From contig JALDZX010000007.1 of NCBI GenBank assembly GCA_022813865.1, forward strand, positions 496,001-560,000: a stretch of DNA of 64,000 bases. The letters run 5' to 3'. The stretch's first letter is position 1; each line of letters opens with the position of its first letter. Both the position numbers and the translations under genes were made by a program. The stretch is from Xylographa opegraphella (taxonomy: Eukaryota). The notes under the pieces were generated by a model. It searched no databases. It saw only the letters and a list, made by a program, of their open reading frames with translations, and was not told where the DNA came from. Positions 63,840 to 64,000 of this stretch are shown one piece after another.

Positions 63840-64000
63840 CGTTTCTACTGGTCGGATTTATTCGCTTTCTGCTTTGTTGATATGTGCAAGGCAGTTTTCG
63901 AGTAATGATTCAAGATCCAAGGAAGAAAGCAGTAGTAAAAGCCATGTGAGGAAGAGTAGAAATGCGGTCGAATGATTGAGTGAGAAGGAGTAGAGAACAC

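Overview
Intron-containing genomic DNA of a filamentous ascomycete (Pezizomycotina; GT-AG introns of about 45-70 nt with CTAAC/CTGAC branch points), carrying about 24 protein-coding loci. Conserved genes are rco1-like (3' end only), pds5, oma1, cct8, an F-box/WD40 gene, a Far1/Ste5-like RING-PH-vWA gene, set9, mrpl38, rpb9, ess1/pin1, a saccharopine-dehydrogenase-like gene and a BTB gene. Between them lie accessory genes: two F-box-like genes, a HET-domain gene, a DHA1 MFS transporter, an IDO, a NACHT-ankyrin NLR, a divergent P450 / type III PKS pair and a secreted DUF4430-like protein. The most notable observations are: (1) an unusually long rpb9 intron that stays open in frame and encodes an alternative Cys-rich, acidic C-terminus; (2) an otherwise intact NLR with a single in-frame TAG that separates its N-terminal domain from NACHT-ANK; (3) the P450 + type III PKS mini-cluster; (4) a 2 kb intergenic zone built of three different degenerate tandem arrays. 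No rRNA, tRNA, CRISPR array or intact transposon was recognised. All identifications are from motif recognition by eye, not database searches.
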